Shown: piece by piece, positions 48,606 to 58,860 of the stretch
Layout: each line of letters opens with the position of its first letter
How positions within the stretch are numbered: the first letter of the stretch is position 1
Assembly (NCBI GenBank): GCA_963729715.1
Contig: CAVSPA010000006.1
Span: 1 to 64,000, forward strand
DNA length: 64,000 nucleotides
Source: an uncultured delta proteobacterium
GTDB taxonomy: Bacteria; Desulfobacterota; Syntrophia; Syntrophales; UBA2185
Reading direction: 5' to 3'
The notes under the pieces: generated by a model
What the model saw: only the letters and a program-made list of their open reading frames with translations
Told to the model about the DNA's origin: nothing
The model's database searches: none
Translations under genes and position numbers: made by a program

Positions 48606-50480
48606 ATGAAAAGAGTGATGTTAATTAATGCTGTTCATCCAGAACAGAAGCGGCTGGCCATTGTGGACGGCGGGAAACTCATCGAATACAACATCCAAAT
48701 GGCGGACAAGGAACCCATAACGGGCAATATTTACAAAGGCGCCGTGATGAAAGTAGAGCGCGGTCTCCAGGCGGCTTTCGTAAATTACGGGGGCAGGAGG
48801 GATGGATTTCTGCCGCTGCACGACGTTGGTCCCGAGTATTTCACAGAGCAGACGGGAAAAGAAGGCAGCCCGCAGAGTCAGAAACCTTTTCTCAAGGCGG
48901 GTCAGGAGGTATTGGTTCAGATAGTAAGGGAAGAAAGCGAACGCAAAGGAGCGCTTCTTACGACCTATATATCATTGCCCGGAAGATATTTGGTTCTCTT
49001 ACCCAATAAGGAAAGCAGCGGCATTTCCCGAAAGATAGAGGACGAGGAAGACCGCAAGCGGCTAAAAACATTAATGGAGCAAGTAAAAATTGATGAAGGC
49101 ATCGGTTTTATAATCCGTACGGCAGGCATGCACAGAACAAAGCAGGAGCTTGCCCGGGATTACCAAATGCTGTCGAGGCTGTGGAAGGAGATTCAGAAGA
49201 GGGCAAAGAGCGCCCCTGCGCAGTCACTCATCTATCAGGAAAGCAATTTTGGTGTATGCTCCCTCCGCGACTATTACACATCGGAAATAGAAGAGATCCT
49301 TGTAGACGATATGGAGACATACAGAAAAATGAGGGAATACTCCAAAGCCGTCGTGCCGAGGACTCTAAAACTCATCAAGCTCTATAAGGAAAAGACACCG
49401 CTGTTTGATAAGAATCGGCTTGAAGAACAGATTCGCGTTATCTACCAGGACAGGGTGGAGTTGAAATCAGGCGGTTATATAATAATAAATCCCACGGAAG
49501 CCATGATTACCATTGATGTTAACTCGGGGCGGGCATCAAACAAGAGGAACGTGGAAGAAACGGCCTACAGGACCAACATGGAAGCGGCAGAGGAGATTGC
49601 CAGGCAACTGCGCCTGCGAGACCTGGGCGGACTACTTGTAATCGATTTCATCGACATGCGTGACCGAAAACATGAAGCCGAAGTGGAGAAGACCTTCAAG
49701 AAGGCTCTCAATGTCGACAGGGCAAGGATACAGATGTCGCGCATATCCAAGTTCGGAATTCTTGAACTTTCCAGACAGAAGAAGCAGTCGACCATACAGG
49801 AAATAAGTTATAACGTCTGCCCTTACTGTAAGGGGCGCGGTGTCAGGCCGTCTCTCGAATACACGGCCCTCGGCGCCTTCAGGAAAATTGAATCGCAGGC
49901 GGTAAAGGGGGATTTCTCTGTTCTCAAAGTGAAGCTGCCTTACGAGATAGCCGATTATCTCCTGAACAGGAAGAGAAGCGAGATCAGTAAGCTTGAAAGC
50001 ACTTATAACGTGTCAATTCATATCTCCGGAAGCCCTGACACGCCGTGGGATGAATTAAAGATCGAAACCGTAACCAGGGAGGTAATTGAGGAAGTTTCTC
50101 AGGAGGAGGAAATCCGCCCTGTTGAGGTGTCTGATAAGCAGGAGAATGAGCGTGCCGAACCCGCTGTCGGCATATTAACACAGGCCGAAGCCAGTTTCCT
50201 TCCGCAGGAAAGCAGCGAAGGCGCGGAGGCAAGTCCTAAGCCTGCCAAGAAGAAGACAAGATGGAGATCAAGACACAAGAAAAAGAAGACGGAAGATAAA
50301 TCCGTTGAACCCGTATCTCGACCTCAGGCTGGCCGCAGCGATAATACGATGACCTACAGGAAGATAGAACAAGCCCAGGACAGCGTAGTCAATACTCCGG
50401 CGCCGTCCGGCGGAACAGGCGGAGAAGGACAAGACCTTTTAACAAGACTCCGCAAGGTGTTTGAACAGATGGAGGAGTAG
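48606..50480 (+). CDS. rne: Ribonuclease E/G family
   Basis: GNIYKG, AAFV, IDVNSG, LRDLGGLLVIDFIDM, CPYC.G.G. Confidence 0.92.
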   Translation: MKRVMLINAVHPEQKRLAIVDGGKLIEYNIQMADKEPITGNIYKGAVMKVERGLQAAFVNYGGRRDGFLPLHDVGPEYFTEQTGKEGSPQSQKPFLKAGQEVLVQIVREESERKGALLTTYISLPGRYLVLLPNKESSGISRKIEDEEDRKRLKTLMEQVKIDEGIGFIIRTAGMHRTKQELARDYQMLSRLWKEIQKRAKSAPAQSLIYQESNFGVCSLRDYYTSEIEEILVDDMETYRKMREYSKAVVPRTLKLIKLYKEKTPLFDKNRLEEQIRVIYQDRVELKSGGYIIINPTEAMITIDVNSGRASNKRNVEETAYRTNMEAAEEIARQLRLRDLGGLLVIDFIDMRDRKHEAEVEKTFKKALNVDRARIQMSRISKFGILELSRQKKQSTIQEISYNVCPYCKGRGVRPSLEYTALGAFRKIESQAVKGDFSVLKVKLPYEIADYLLNRKRSEISKLESTYNVSIHISGSPDTPWDELKIETVTREVIEEVSQEEEIRPVEVSDKQENERAEPAVGILTQAEASFLPQESSEGAEASPKPAKKKTRWRSRHKKKKTEDKSVEPVSRPQAGRSDNTMTYRKIEQAQDSVVNTPAPSGGTGGEGQDLLTRLRKVFEQMEE

Positions 50481-50482
50481 AA

Positions 50483-51301
50483 TTATTTTTTCCTGCCGAG
50501 TTCCTTAGCCCGAAGAGTGGCCGCCTGAACGGCTGCCATCATGGTAGCCCTCAGTTTCCCCTCTTCTATGGCCTGCAAGCCGGCTATGGTCGTCCCTCCG
50601 GGAGAGGTGACCATGTCCTTGAGCGCTGCGGGGTGTTTGTCTCCTATGAGGCAAAGTTTGGCCGCGCCGAGAAGGGTCTGTGCTGCAAGTTTCAGGGCGA
50701 TGTCCCTCGATAGCCCCATGTTGACGCCGGCATCGGCGAGTGCATCAATTATGACAAATGCGTATGCAGGTCCGCTCCCGCTCAAGCCGGTTACCGCATC
50801 CATGAGTTCTTCTTTAACCGCAACGGTAATCCCGACGGCATCAAAGATATGAAGGGTGAAAGCAAGATCTTCGTCAGTCGCAAGTGAGCCTCTCGCGATT
50901 GCCGCAGCCCCTTCACCGATCAACGCAGGGGTATTCGGCATGACCCTCATGACGCGGGCACCCTTCTTGAGGTATTCCTCGATAAATCCTGTAGAAATAC
51001 CCGCGGCGATGGTGATGATAAGCTTATTAGTATCAATGCTGCCTGATATCCCTTCCAGCACTTCCGCCATATTCTGTGGTTTTACAGCGAGGATGATGAT
51101 GTCTGCGTCTCTGACGGCTTTCTTATTGTCTTTGGTCGCAAGGACGCCGTATGTCTTTCTGAGCCCTTCGAGTTGCTCTTCTACCACATCAGCTACGGTG
51201 ACCTTGCCCGCAGCTATGAGATTGCGGGCCAGGATGCCCTTAATGAGGGCGCTGCCCATTTTGCCTCCCCCGATAAAGCTGATCTTTTTTCCTTTCAACA
51301 T
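50483..51301 (-). CDS. proC: Pyrroline-5-carboxylate reductase
   Basis: IGGGKMG, LAVKPQ, RVMPNTP, SGSGPAY, VTSPGGTT. Confidence 0.96.
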   Translation of the reverse strand: MLKGKKISFIGGGKMGSALIKGILARNLIAAGKVTVADVVEEQLEGLRKTYGVLATKDNKKAVRDADIIILAVKPQNMAEVLEGISGSIDTNKLIITIAAGISTGFIEEYLKKGARVMRVMPNTPALIGEGAAAIARGSLATDEDLAFTLHIFDAVGITVAVKEELMDAVTGLSGSGPAYAFVIIDALADAGVNMGLSRDIALKLAAQTLLGAAKLCLIGDKHPAALKDMVTSPGGTTIAGLQAIEEGKLRATMMAAVQAATLRAKELGRKK

Positions 51302-51564
51302 ATTTCTCCCCCCCCGTGTTTGCCCTCTTATGGGCCGTCAGTAATTTGAACCAGTTTACGAATTTTTACAATATTATCAATCTTTATTTGCACAAGATGC
51401 ATGATATATGATAGGCACTGAATACCTCCTATATGCAGGGGCGGAGTCGTAACATCACTTCAATTCTCTGTTGTTGATGCGGAAGACAGACAGAAAACCT
51501 GTTCCGGGATTTTCGTGGTAGGACCTCACACGCCGCTGTCTTTTGTCAGAAGGAAAAATGTACG

Positions 51565-52356
51565 ATGATAATATTTCATGAAATCGACGGTGCAAATATA
51601 GCCTGCTGGGTGAGCAGCAAGAACTTTTCTCAGGAGAAAAAGACGCTCTTCTTTATTCACGGATCTGGCGGGGACCACAGGATCTGGATAAAACAGTATA
51701 CGAGATTGAAGGATGAGTTTAATATTGCGGTAATTGACTTGCCCGGCCATGGACTGTCCGGGGGCCGGGGTGAACAGGATGTATCGCGGTATGTCGAAAG
51801 GGTGAGAGAATTCGTCGGTGTCATTGCTTTGGAGAAACCTGTCTTGATAGGCCACTCCCTCGGTGCGGCTATAAGCCTCGTATTTGCGATAAAATATGGA
51901 GACATGCTCTCCGCCATTGTTCCCGTGGGCGGAGGTGCCAGAATGCCTGTAAATGCTATGATTCTCGAAGGACTGAAAACGGACCCCGATTCTGTAATCG
52001 CTTTGGCCGCCAAGTTTTCTGTTACCAAGGAAAATAGAGAACGCCTGTCCCGAACCGTTATTGATGGCCTGTCACGCGCCAATCCTGATACACTGTGTGG
52101 CGATCTTCTTGCCTGTGACAGACTTGACGTTAGCCGTGAGATCGTAAGTATCGCAAAGCCAACGCTCGTTATGTGCGGTGGTGATGACAAGATGACACCT
52201 CCTGCGCTGTCGCAATTCCTGAGAGATAACATTCCCGGTGCGCAGTTGTCGCTTATTGAGAATGCCGGTCATATGGCGATGCTGGAAAATGCGGAGGCCT
52301 TCAACGAAGTCCTCAAAACATTTGTTCTATCCTTGCCTGATGTGGAGAGACAATAA
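51565..52356 (+). CDS. Alpha/beta hydrolase
   Basis: FIHGSGG, DLPGHG, GHSLG, AGHM. Confidence 0.92.
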   Translation: MIIFHEIDGANIACWVSSKNFSQEKKTLFFIHGSGGDHRIWIKQYTRLKDEFNIAVIDLPGHGLSGGRGEQDVSRYVERVREFVGVIALEKPVLIGHSLGAAISLVFAIKYGDMLSAIVPVGGGARMPVNAMILEGLKTDPDSVIALAAKFSVTKENRERLSRTVIDGLSRANPDTLCGDLLACDRLDVSREIVSIAKPTLVMCGGDDKMTPPALSQFLRDNIPGAQLSLIENAGHMAMLENAEAFNEVLKTFVLSLPDVERQ

Positions 52357-52392
52357 AGAAATTAAAGTATTTGATTATTAGAAGGAGTTCGT

Positions 52393-52692
52393 ATGTTTGT
52401 GCTGGGAAACTTTATCATCGCGGTGGCAAAAATTATCCACGTCATACTTAACATCTATATGTGGATTATCATTGCGAGGGCTATCATCTCATGGGTGAAT
52501 CCTGATCCGTACAATCAGATCGTGCAGTTCTTATATCGTGTGACAGAGCCGGTTCTGGCACAGGTTCGCAGATGGCTGCCTTTCGGACGCATGGCCATTG
52601 ACGTATCGCCGATAGTCGTTATTCTGGCGATTTATTTCTTAGATGAATTTCTCATCAAGAGCATGATTGAATTGGCGGTGAGCTTAAAGTAA
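52393..52692 (+). CDS. yggT: YggT family membrane protein
   Basis: ISWVNPDPYN...RVTEPVL...IDVSPI. Confidence 0.92.
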   Translation: MFVLGNFIIAVAKIIHVILNIYMWIIIARAIISWVNPDPYNQIVQFLYRVTEPVLAQVRRWLPFGRMAIDVSPIVVILAIYFLDEFLIKSMIELAVSLK

Positions 52693-52722
52693 TGATCCAT
52701 GCAAACATGTCTCTGGTCTGAA

Positions 52723-53007
52723 ATGGTAAACATCAAAGAAACGGAAGACGGCGTAATCCTACAGGTTCATGTCGTGCCGCGGTCTGCCAAAAGCGAGATT
52801 GCCGGCTTTCAGGGCGACGCGCTAAAGCTTCGAATAACGGCGCCGCCTGTGGAGGGGCAGGCGAATGCGGAATGCATCAGGTTTCTCTCTGATATCCTGG
52901 GGATCAAAAAAAAACAGGTAAGAATCTTGAGCGGCCATAAATCGAGGAAGAAGACCTTTGCAATAGAAGGGATCAGAAGAAAGAACATAGAGGTTCTGAT
53001 TCCGTGA
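52723..53007 (+). CDS. DUF167/YggU family protein
   Basis: VVPRSA...LKLRITAPPVEGQANAE...GHKSRKK. Confidence 0.9.
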   Translation: MVNIKETEDGVILQVHVVPRSAKSEIAGFQGDALKLRITAPPVEGQANAECIRFLSDILGIKKKQVRILSGHKSRKKTFAIEGIRRKNIEVLIP

Positions 53008-53109
53008 ACCGGCTCCCATTAGAAGGGCGTGCTCACGAATAGTTTTGTTTAATTCCCACAAGCCGCCGTATGTGACATTTACTTTCACTGCTTTTTGCCA
53101 ACTTACAGT

Positions 53110-54699
53110 ATGGAAGAGGGTCGAATAACAGGCACGGAAAATAGAAGAGTCGCCCGCGCAGCAGGGGTGGTCGGTCTGGCGACGATGCTTTCCCGCATAT
53201 CCGGCTTTCTCCGGGATATGGTTGTCGCCGCTTTTTTCGGCGCCGGTCTTACGACGGACGCCTTTTTCGTTGCCTTCCGGATTCCCAACATGCTGAGGCG
53301 CCTGCTCGGCGAAGGATCGCTGACTGTCTCCTTCGTACCCGTCTTTACGGAATACCTGAACAAAAAGACAAAGGCCGAGGCCTATGAATTGGCCAATGTC
53401 GCATTTACGGTGCTTTCGATTATCCTTGTCATTGTATCTATCGCAGGCATTATTTTTTCACCGCTTATCGTAACGATCATGGCGCCTGGATGGTATATCG
53501 ATCGTCCGGCCCACTATCAACTGACGGTTTTTCTCAATCGTCTGATGTTTCCCTACATCTTCTTCATCGCTCTCGTGGCGCTGTGCATGGGCATCCTCAA
53601 TTCCCTGCGCCACTTCGCCATACCCGCCCTTTCACCCGTTATCCTTAACATCTGTATGATCCTGGCGGTGCTGCTGCTCATGGACTTTTTCCCGGAGCCG
53701 ATTACGGCCCTTGCCGTGGGAGTCATGATAGGAGGCGTTTTGCAGCTCGCCATGCAGTGGCCTTTCCTTGTTAAATTCGGATTGAAGCTGAAGCCTGATT
53801 TTAACTTCAGGCATCCAGGCCTGAAAAAAATCGGGATCCTCATGCTTCCCGCAGTTTTCGGGGCGTCGATCTATCAGATCAATATTTTCATTGCCACCAT
53901 CTTGGCCTCGCTCCTTCCGTCCGGGAGCGTCTCCTATCTCTACTATGCGGACCGGGTCGTGGAGCTTCCCCTCGGCGTATTTGCTATTGCGGTAGGGACG
54001 GCGGTGCTCCCCAGCTTTTCGGAGCAGGTGGCAAAAGGCGACTTTCATGAATTGAAGGGAACAATTAATTTTTCCCTGAGACTAATACTCTTTGTCACTA
54101 TACCGGCAGCGGCCGCACTCATAGTACTCCGGGTGCCGATAATCTCGGTACTTTTTCAGAGAGGTGCGTTTGATATCCAGTCAACATTTCTGACGGCCCA
54201 AGCCCTCTTATGTTACGCCCTTGGCTTGTGGGCCTTTTCGGTAATCAGGGTTATTGTGTCGGCTTTTTATTCACTTCAGGATTCAAAAACTCCGATGAAA
54301 GCGGGAATTGTCGCATTCATCGTCAATGTTGTCTGTAGCATTATTCTCATGTATCCTCTAAAGCATAGCGGTCTCGCGTTGGCGACGTCTATCGCGACGG
54401 CTGTTAATGTCATCATGCTGACAATTGTTCTCAAGAGGCGGATCGGGGTTTTCCTGGATCAGGAGTTTTATAAGTCTGTTCTCAGAATATTGCTGTCGTC
54501 GTTTGCGATGTGCGGGGTTATCATCCTCATAGGAACTTTCCTGCCCTGGAGTGACGAGGGTGCGTTTAACGCAAGACTATTGCACCTCATGGTCTCTGTC
54601 TTTGCCGGGATGGCAGCATTCTTCAGCTTCGCCTGTTTGACTAAGTGCTCGGAAATGACGATGATTGTTGATGTTATCAAGAGAAGGATGGTGGGCTAA
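53110..54699 (+). CDS. murJ: Lipid II flippase
   Basis: SRISGFLRD, AFRIPNMLRRLLGEG, YYADRVVELP. Confidence 0.95.
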   Translation: MEEGRITGTENRRVARAAGVVGLATMLSRISGFLRDMVVAAFFGAGLTTDAFFVAFRIPNMLRRLLGEGSLTVSFVPVFTEYLNKKTKAEAYELANVAFTVLSIILVIVSIAGIIFSPLIVTIMAPGWYIDRPAHYQLTVFLNRLMFPYIFFIALVALCMGILNSLRHFAIPALSPVILNICMILAVLLLMDFFPEPITALAVGVMIGGVLQLAMQWPFLVKFGLKLKPDFNFRHPGLKKIGILMLPAVFGASIYQINIFIATILASLLPSGSVSYLYYADRVVELPLGVFAIAVGTAVLPSFSEQVAKGDFHELKGTINFSLRLILFVTIPAAAALIVLRVPIISVLFQRGAFDIQSTFLTAQALLCYALGLWAFSVIRVIVSAFYSLQDSKTPMKAGIVAFIVNVVCSIILMYPLKHSGLALATSIATAVNVIMLTIVLKRRIGVFLDQEFYKSVLRILLSSFAMCGVIILIGTFLPWSDEGAFNARLLHLMVSVFAGMAAFFSFACLTKCSEMTMIVDVIKRRMVG

Positions 54700-54818
54700 A
54701 TCCAAATAAAAACAGAAAGATGAAACTAATGGTGGGAGAAAAGGTATTGACTGCCGGGGCTTGAAGTGATAGGGGGAATTTCCTTTTGACGGGGTAATCT
54801 GGAAGGGAAGGTCAGAAT

Positions 54819-56099
54819 ATGCTGGATATAAAATTTCTGAGACAAAATATTGATTTCGTCAGAAAGAAAATGCTCGAGAGAGGTCAGGACATCAATCTCG
54901 AAGCCTTTGCCGCGCTGGATGAAGAAAGACGCAGAGTTCTTCAGGAAGTGGAAACCCTGCGGAACGAGCGGAACAAAGCCTCCAAGGAGATAGGCGAGAA
55001 AAAGAAAAAAAAAGAAGACGCTTCCCAGCTTATTGCCAAGATGAGCGATGTCTCCAATCGCATCAAAGAACTGGACGAGTCTCTGAAGAAGATCGAGGAA
55101 GACTTGGGCAGCATTCTGATGATCATTCCCAATGTACCTCATGAGTCCGTCGTGTACGGTACAGGCTCGGAGGATAATCCGGTAATCCGCGTCTGGGGAG
55201 AAAAGCCGCAGCTCGCGTTCACGCCGAAACCGCACTGGGAAATCGGTGAGGATCTGAACATCCTCGATTTTACAAGGGGTGCAAAGATTACGGGGGCGCG
55301 GTTTACCCTGTACAGGGCGTGGGGGGCTGTGCTGGAGCGGGCCATCATAAATTTTATGCTTGACCTGCATACGTCGGAGCACGGCTATACGGAGGTATTG
55401 ACGCCCTTCATGGTGAACAGCGAAAGCATGACGGGAACCGGACAGCTCCCGAAATTTGCTGAGGACCTTTTCAAGATCGAGAAATTTGACTATTACCTAA
55501 TTCCTACGGCCGAAGTGCCGGTAACTAACATCCACCGTGACGAGATTCTGGATGAGCGGGATCTTCCGACTTTGTATGTGGCGTATTCGCCATGTTTTCG
55601 CTCCGAGGCCGGTTCATACGGAAAAGATACGCGGGGACTCATCAGGCAGCACCAATTCAACAAAGTGGAAATGGTCAAGTTCACCACACCGGAAACATCC
55701 TACGATGAGCTGGAAAGGCTGACCCTCAATGCTGAAGAAGTTTTAAAAAGGCTCAACATCCATTTCCGAACGGTAAGCCTGTGTACAGCGGATTTGGGGT
55801 TTTCTTCCGCCAAGACCTATGACGTTGAAGTTTGGCTTCCGGGGCAGGATTCTTACCGGGAGATATCGTCCTGCAGCAACTTCGGGGATTTTCAGTCTCG
55901 CAGGGCGTCCATACGATTCAGGCGTGAAGACAGCGGCAAGGTAGAGTTTGTTCATACCCTTAATGGGTCCGGACTCGCCGTCGGAAGGACGGTAGTGGCC
56001 GTTCTGGAAAATTTTCAGCAGGCCAACGGAAGCGTAATTATTCCTGAGGTGCTCAGGCCTTACATGAAAGGAATTGACAGGATTCCCGCTCGGGTCTAA
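54819..56099 (+). CDS. serS: Seryl-tRNA synthetase
   Basis: [46 protein letters not shown]. Confidence 0.97.
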   Translation: MLDIKFLRQNIDFVRKKMLERGQDINLEAFAALDEERRRVLQEVETLRNERNKASKEIGEKKKKKEDASQLIAKMSDVSNRIKELDESLKKIEEDLGSILMIIPNVPHESVVYGTGSEDNPVIRVWGEKPQLAFTPKPHWEIGEDLNILDFTRGAKITGARFTLYRAWGAVLERAIINFMLDLHTSEHGYTEVLTPFMVNSESMTGTGQLPKFAEDLFKIEKFDYYLIPTAEVPVTNIHRDEILDERDLPTLYVAYSPCFRSEAGSYGKDTRGLIRQHQFNKVEMVKFTTPETSYDELERLTLNAEEVLKRLNIHFRTVSLCTADLGFSSAKTYDVEVWLPGQDSYREISSCSNFGDFQSRRASIRFRREDSGKVEFVHTLNGSGLAVGRTVVAVLENFQQANGSVIIPEVLRPYMKGIDRIPARV

Positions 56100-56132
56100 T
56101 ATAAATTTTGGTTCTGAAATCAGTGTCATCAC

Positions 56133-56218
56133 GGAGGGGTGGCCGAGTGGTCGATGGCGGCGGTCTTGAAAACCGTTAACCGAAAGGTTCACAGGTTCGA
56201 ATCCTGTTCCCTCCGCCA
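56133..56218 (+). tRNA. tRNA-Ser(TGA)
   Basis: Cloverleaf with GCGGT-CTTGAAA-ACCGT anticodon arm, long variable arm, GGTTCGAATCC, CCA end. Confidence 0.95.
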
Positions 56219-56297
56219 GAATAGAAATAAAATCCCTGCCCCCTATTCAGAAATATGGGTTCACGGGAGACCTAAGAGATAATAGATCGGCTCATAT

Positions 56298-56392
<95 letters not shown>

Positions 56393-56404
56393 TGACTTTG
56401 TGGA

Positions 56405-56481
56405 GCGCCCATAGCTCAGCTGGATAGAGCGTTGGACTACGAATCCAAAGGCCCCAGGTTCGACTCCTGGTGGGCGCGCCA
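56405..56481 (+). tRNA. tRNA-Arg(ACG)
   Basis: GCGCCCATAGCTCAGCTGGATAGAGC, TTGGA-CTACGAA-TCCAA, CCA end. Confidence 0.95.
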
Positions 56482-56553
56482 GTTTATGTGAGACCGTAGA
56501 TTTTTTCCGCAGCCCTTTGCAAATCTCTTTTTCGGGAGAATTAGCCAACGCGT

Positions 56554-56907
56554 ATGGTTGCCTCAAAATCTGAAGAGCACCGGCCATGGGGTTATTTCTG
56601 TGTGCTTACCGATGAGCCGGACCATAAAGTGAAACGCATCGTTGTGTTCCCGAAGCAGCGTCTGAGTCTCCAGAGACACCGTCACAGAATGGAACACTGG
56701 TATATAGTCCGGGGGACCGCCATCGTGACCATCGACAAGGAACAAATCCAACTGGAGCGCGGCCAGGCTGTGGATATTCCCCAGGGTGCATGGCATAGGA
56801 TCATGAACACAGGGGAGGAGAATGTTGTTGTCATTGAAGTTCAAGGCGGAGATTACTTCGGAGAGGACGACATCGAACGGGCAGAGGACGACTACGGCCG
56901 GGTTTGA
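56554..56907 (+). CDS. Cupin protein (type II mannose-6-phosphate isomerase C-terminal-like)
   Basis: RPWG, LSLQRHRHRMEHW, HRIMN, IEVQ.GDYFGEDDI.R. Confidence 0.9.
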   Translation: MVASKSEEHRPWGYFCVLTDEPDHKVKRIVVFPKQRLSLQRHRHRMEHWYIVRGTAIVTIDKEQIQLERGQAVDIPQGAWHRIMNTGEENVVVIEVQGGDYFGEDDIERAEDDYGRV

Positions 56908-57157
56908 CGGTTTCAGCATCAAATCCCGAGATTGGACCCATTGTCACAGAGAGGTATCACTATATGGCCAAAATCGTTGACTATATGAGAAGCAACCCGT
57001 CAAGCGCCCGCTCATTTGGCAAGAGATGCGTCATAATTTTTCAGAAATACTTGGCAGATTTATCTTGACAATGAAAAAAAAGGGAGTATGTTTCGTGCCT
57101 AAAGAAATGGGTTTAACACCCAGCGTCTGAAAAATTTTGAAAGGAGGTACTACGTTG

Positions 57158-57382
57158 ATGAAGAAGGTGTTTGCTTTCATGCTTTCGGTGCTGATGTTAA
57201 TAGCATTTACGGTTGTATTAGTCGGCTGTCCGTCCGCACCCGAAAAGAAACCAGCAGAGCCCGCGAAGAAAGAAGCAGCAGCAGCGCCGGCACCAGGGGC
57301 ACCAGCGCCAGCACCAGGGGCACCAGCACCAGGGGCACCAGCTCCTGCAGCGCCTGCTCCCGCAGCGCCTGCGCACAAGTAA
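57158..57382 (+). CDS. Small Pro/Ala-rich lipoprotein
   Basis: GGAGG RBS; lipobox LVGC; APAPG/APAPA repeats. Confidence 0.8.
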   Translation: MKKVFAFMLSVLMLIAFTVVLVGCPSAPEKKPAEPAKKEAAAAPAPGAPAPAPGAPAPGAPAPAAPAPAAPAHK

Positions 57383-57405
57383 TATCCCTATTACGATCTG
57401 ATAAG

Positions 57406-57449
57406 AAAAAAACAACCGAGCATCTCAATGATGCCCGGTTTGTTTTTTT
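57406..57449. terminator. Bidirectional intrinsic terminator
   Basis: A run, AACCGAGCATC-loop-GATGCCCGGTT stem, T run between convergent genes. Confidence 0.75.
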
Positions 57450-57459
57450 TGGGCGGGGA

Positions 57460-57918
57460 TCAATTTTTACAGGCTGCGCTTTGTATATTTTGCCAGAGAC
57501 TTCCGGGATAAATTATTTTCCATTCGTAATCTGCGGAGACGGCAGAGTGGATTATGGACCCTTCCGCATTGAAATGAACAATCTGCAGGAACCTGATCCT
57601 GTTTCCTCTGCACTCAATCTCATTTAGTATCTCAGTGTACATCAGTCCCTTTGCGGATTTCTTTAGCTTCTTTAGTTCTCCTTTCACTTCCTCGCGATAT
57701 TTACTCTTTTCAGACGGGGCAATCATTGACCATACCCGGGCAATATCGGGGGATGGATAGGAGACGCTTTTCTTCTCGATATAAAGTGCATCTCTGTACT
57801 TGGTAAAACCCACAAAGATCCATTGCTCTTTTCCTGCCTGTGCGCAAACGGAAGTTGCTCCCAGGAAAGATGCGCCGATAAAGAAAATAATGACATATGA
57901 TAGCGGAGTCAGTTTCAT
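57460..57918 (-). CDS. Exported protein, surface-adhesin E-like
   Basis: Signal peptide; W.FVG...YIEKKS...RVW...EIEC...I.PGS. Confidence 0.65.
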   Translation of the reverse strand: MKLTPLSYVIIFFIGASFLGATSVCAQAGKEQWIFVGFTKYRDALYIEKKSVSYPSPDIARVWSMIAPSEKSKYREEVKGELKKLKKSAKGLMYTEILNEIECRGNRIRFLQIVHFNAEGSIIHSAVSADYEWKIIYPGSLWQNIQSAACKN

Positions 57919-58022
57919 TGAGAGAATCTCTCTTTTATTTACTTGCCAGACTGTTTATAATACCTTATTTTCCGCGCATAATAAATAGTATATTTGCCTT
58001 GCACATCATGGGATGCAAAGAA

Positions 58023-58706
58023 ATGGAACTGAATTACGAAGTGGTGAGGAGTAAAAAAAGGAGGCGGACGATTTCATTGCAGGTCAGGGCAGACGGGACT
58101 GCAGTCGTCCATGCTCCATATCGAACACCGATTCCGGAAATAGACAAATTTGTTAGGGAGAAACAAAGCTGGTTAGGGAGAAAGGTCAGGGAGAACAGGG
58201 AAAGGCAAAAAGAAATCCAGGCTAAGAAGTATTTAAGAGGCGAAATATTTTTTTTCCTGGGGAAACCCTATCCGTTGAAGATCGAGGCCGCCGCCCTTGG
58301 ATTTGATAAACTGGCTTTCGTTTGCGGCCAATTTGTCCTTGCCGAAGATAATGCCTTTCAGGGAAGAGAGCTTTTCGTTGACTGGTATAGGAAAAGCGCG
58401 CAGAAACATATTGGGGAAAGAGTCGATCATTTCGGCCAGGCCCTCAAGCTCGTTCCCAAAGACGTCAGGATAAGCAACGCGCGCTGCCGGTGGGGTTCCT
58501 GTTCTCAGGACAATCATCTGCATTTCAGCTGGCGGCTCATAATGGCGCCATGTTCCGTCATTGATTACCTGGTCGTGCATGAATTAGCCCACATGCAAGA
58601 AAAGAATCATTCGGAGAGTTTCTGGAGTCTTGTAGGAAATACGATTACCGACTATAAGAAACAAAGAATCTGGTTAAAGGATAACGGGCATACATTGGAT
58701 ATTTAG
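58023..58706 (+). CDS. YgjP/DUF45 zinc metalloprotease family
   Basis: RRTISL, RWGSCS, IDYLVVHELAH...NHSESFW. Confidence 0.92.
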   Translation: MELNYEVVRSKKRRRTISLQVRADGTAVVHAPYRTPIPEIDKFVREKQSWLGRKVRENRERQKEIQAKKYLRGEIFFFLGKPYPLKIEAAALGFDKLAFVCGQFVLAEDNAFQGRELFVDWYRKSAQKHIGERVDHFGQALKLVPKDVRISNARCRWGSCSQDNHLHFSWRLIMAPCSVIDYLVVHELAHMQEKNHSESFWSLVGNTITDYKKQRIWLKDNGHTLDI

Positions 58707-58860
58707 AAATGATGGAGTACGTGAATCCAGAGAGCTTCTGCCGTGCGATTATCTTGTCTGTCATTTCACTGGAGCTCGGGCAGAAGCTTCTTTTTGTGTA
58801 TTTTCCGGCATAATTTTGGTATAAGCGGGCACGTTTAACTTTGGTTAGTGAAATAGGCAC

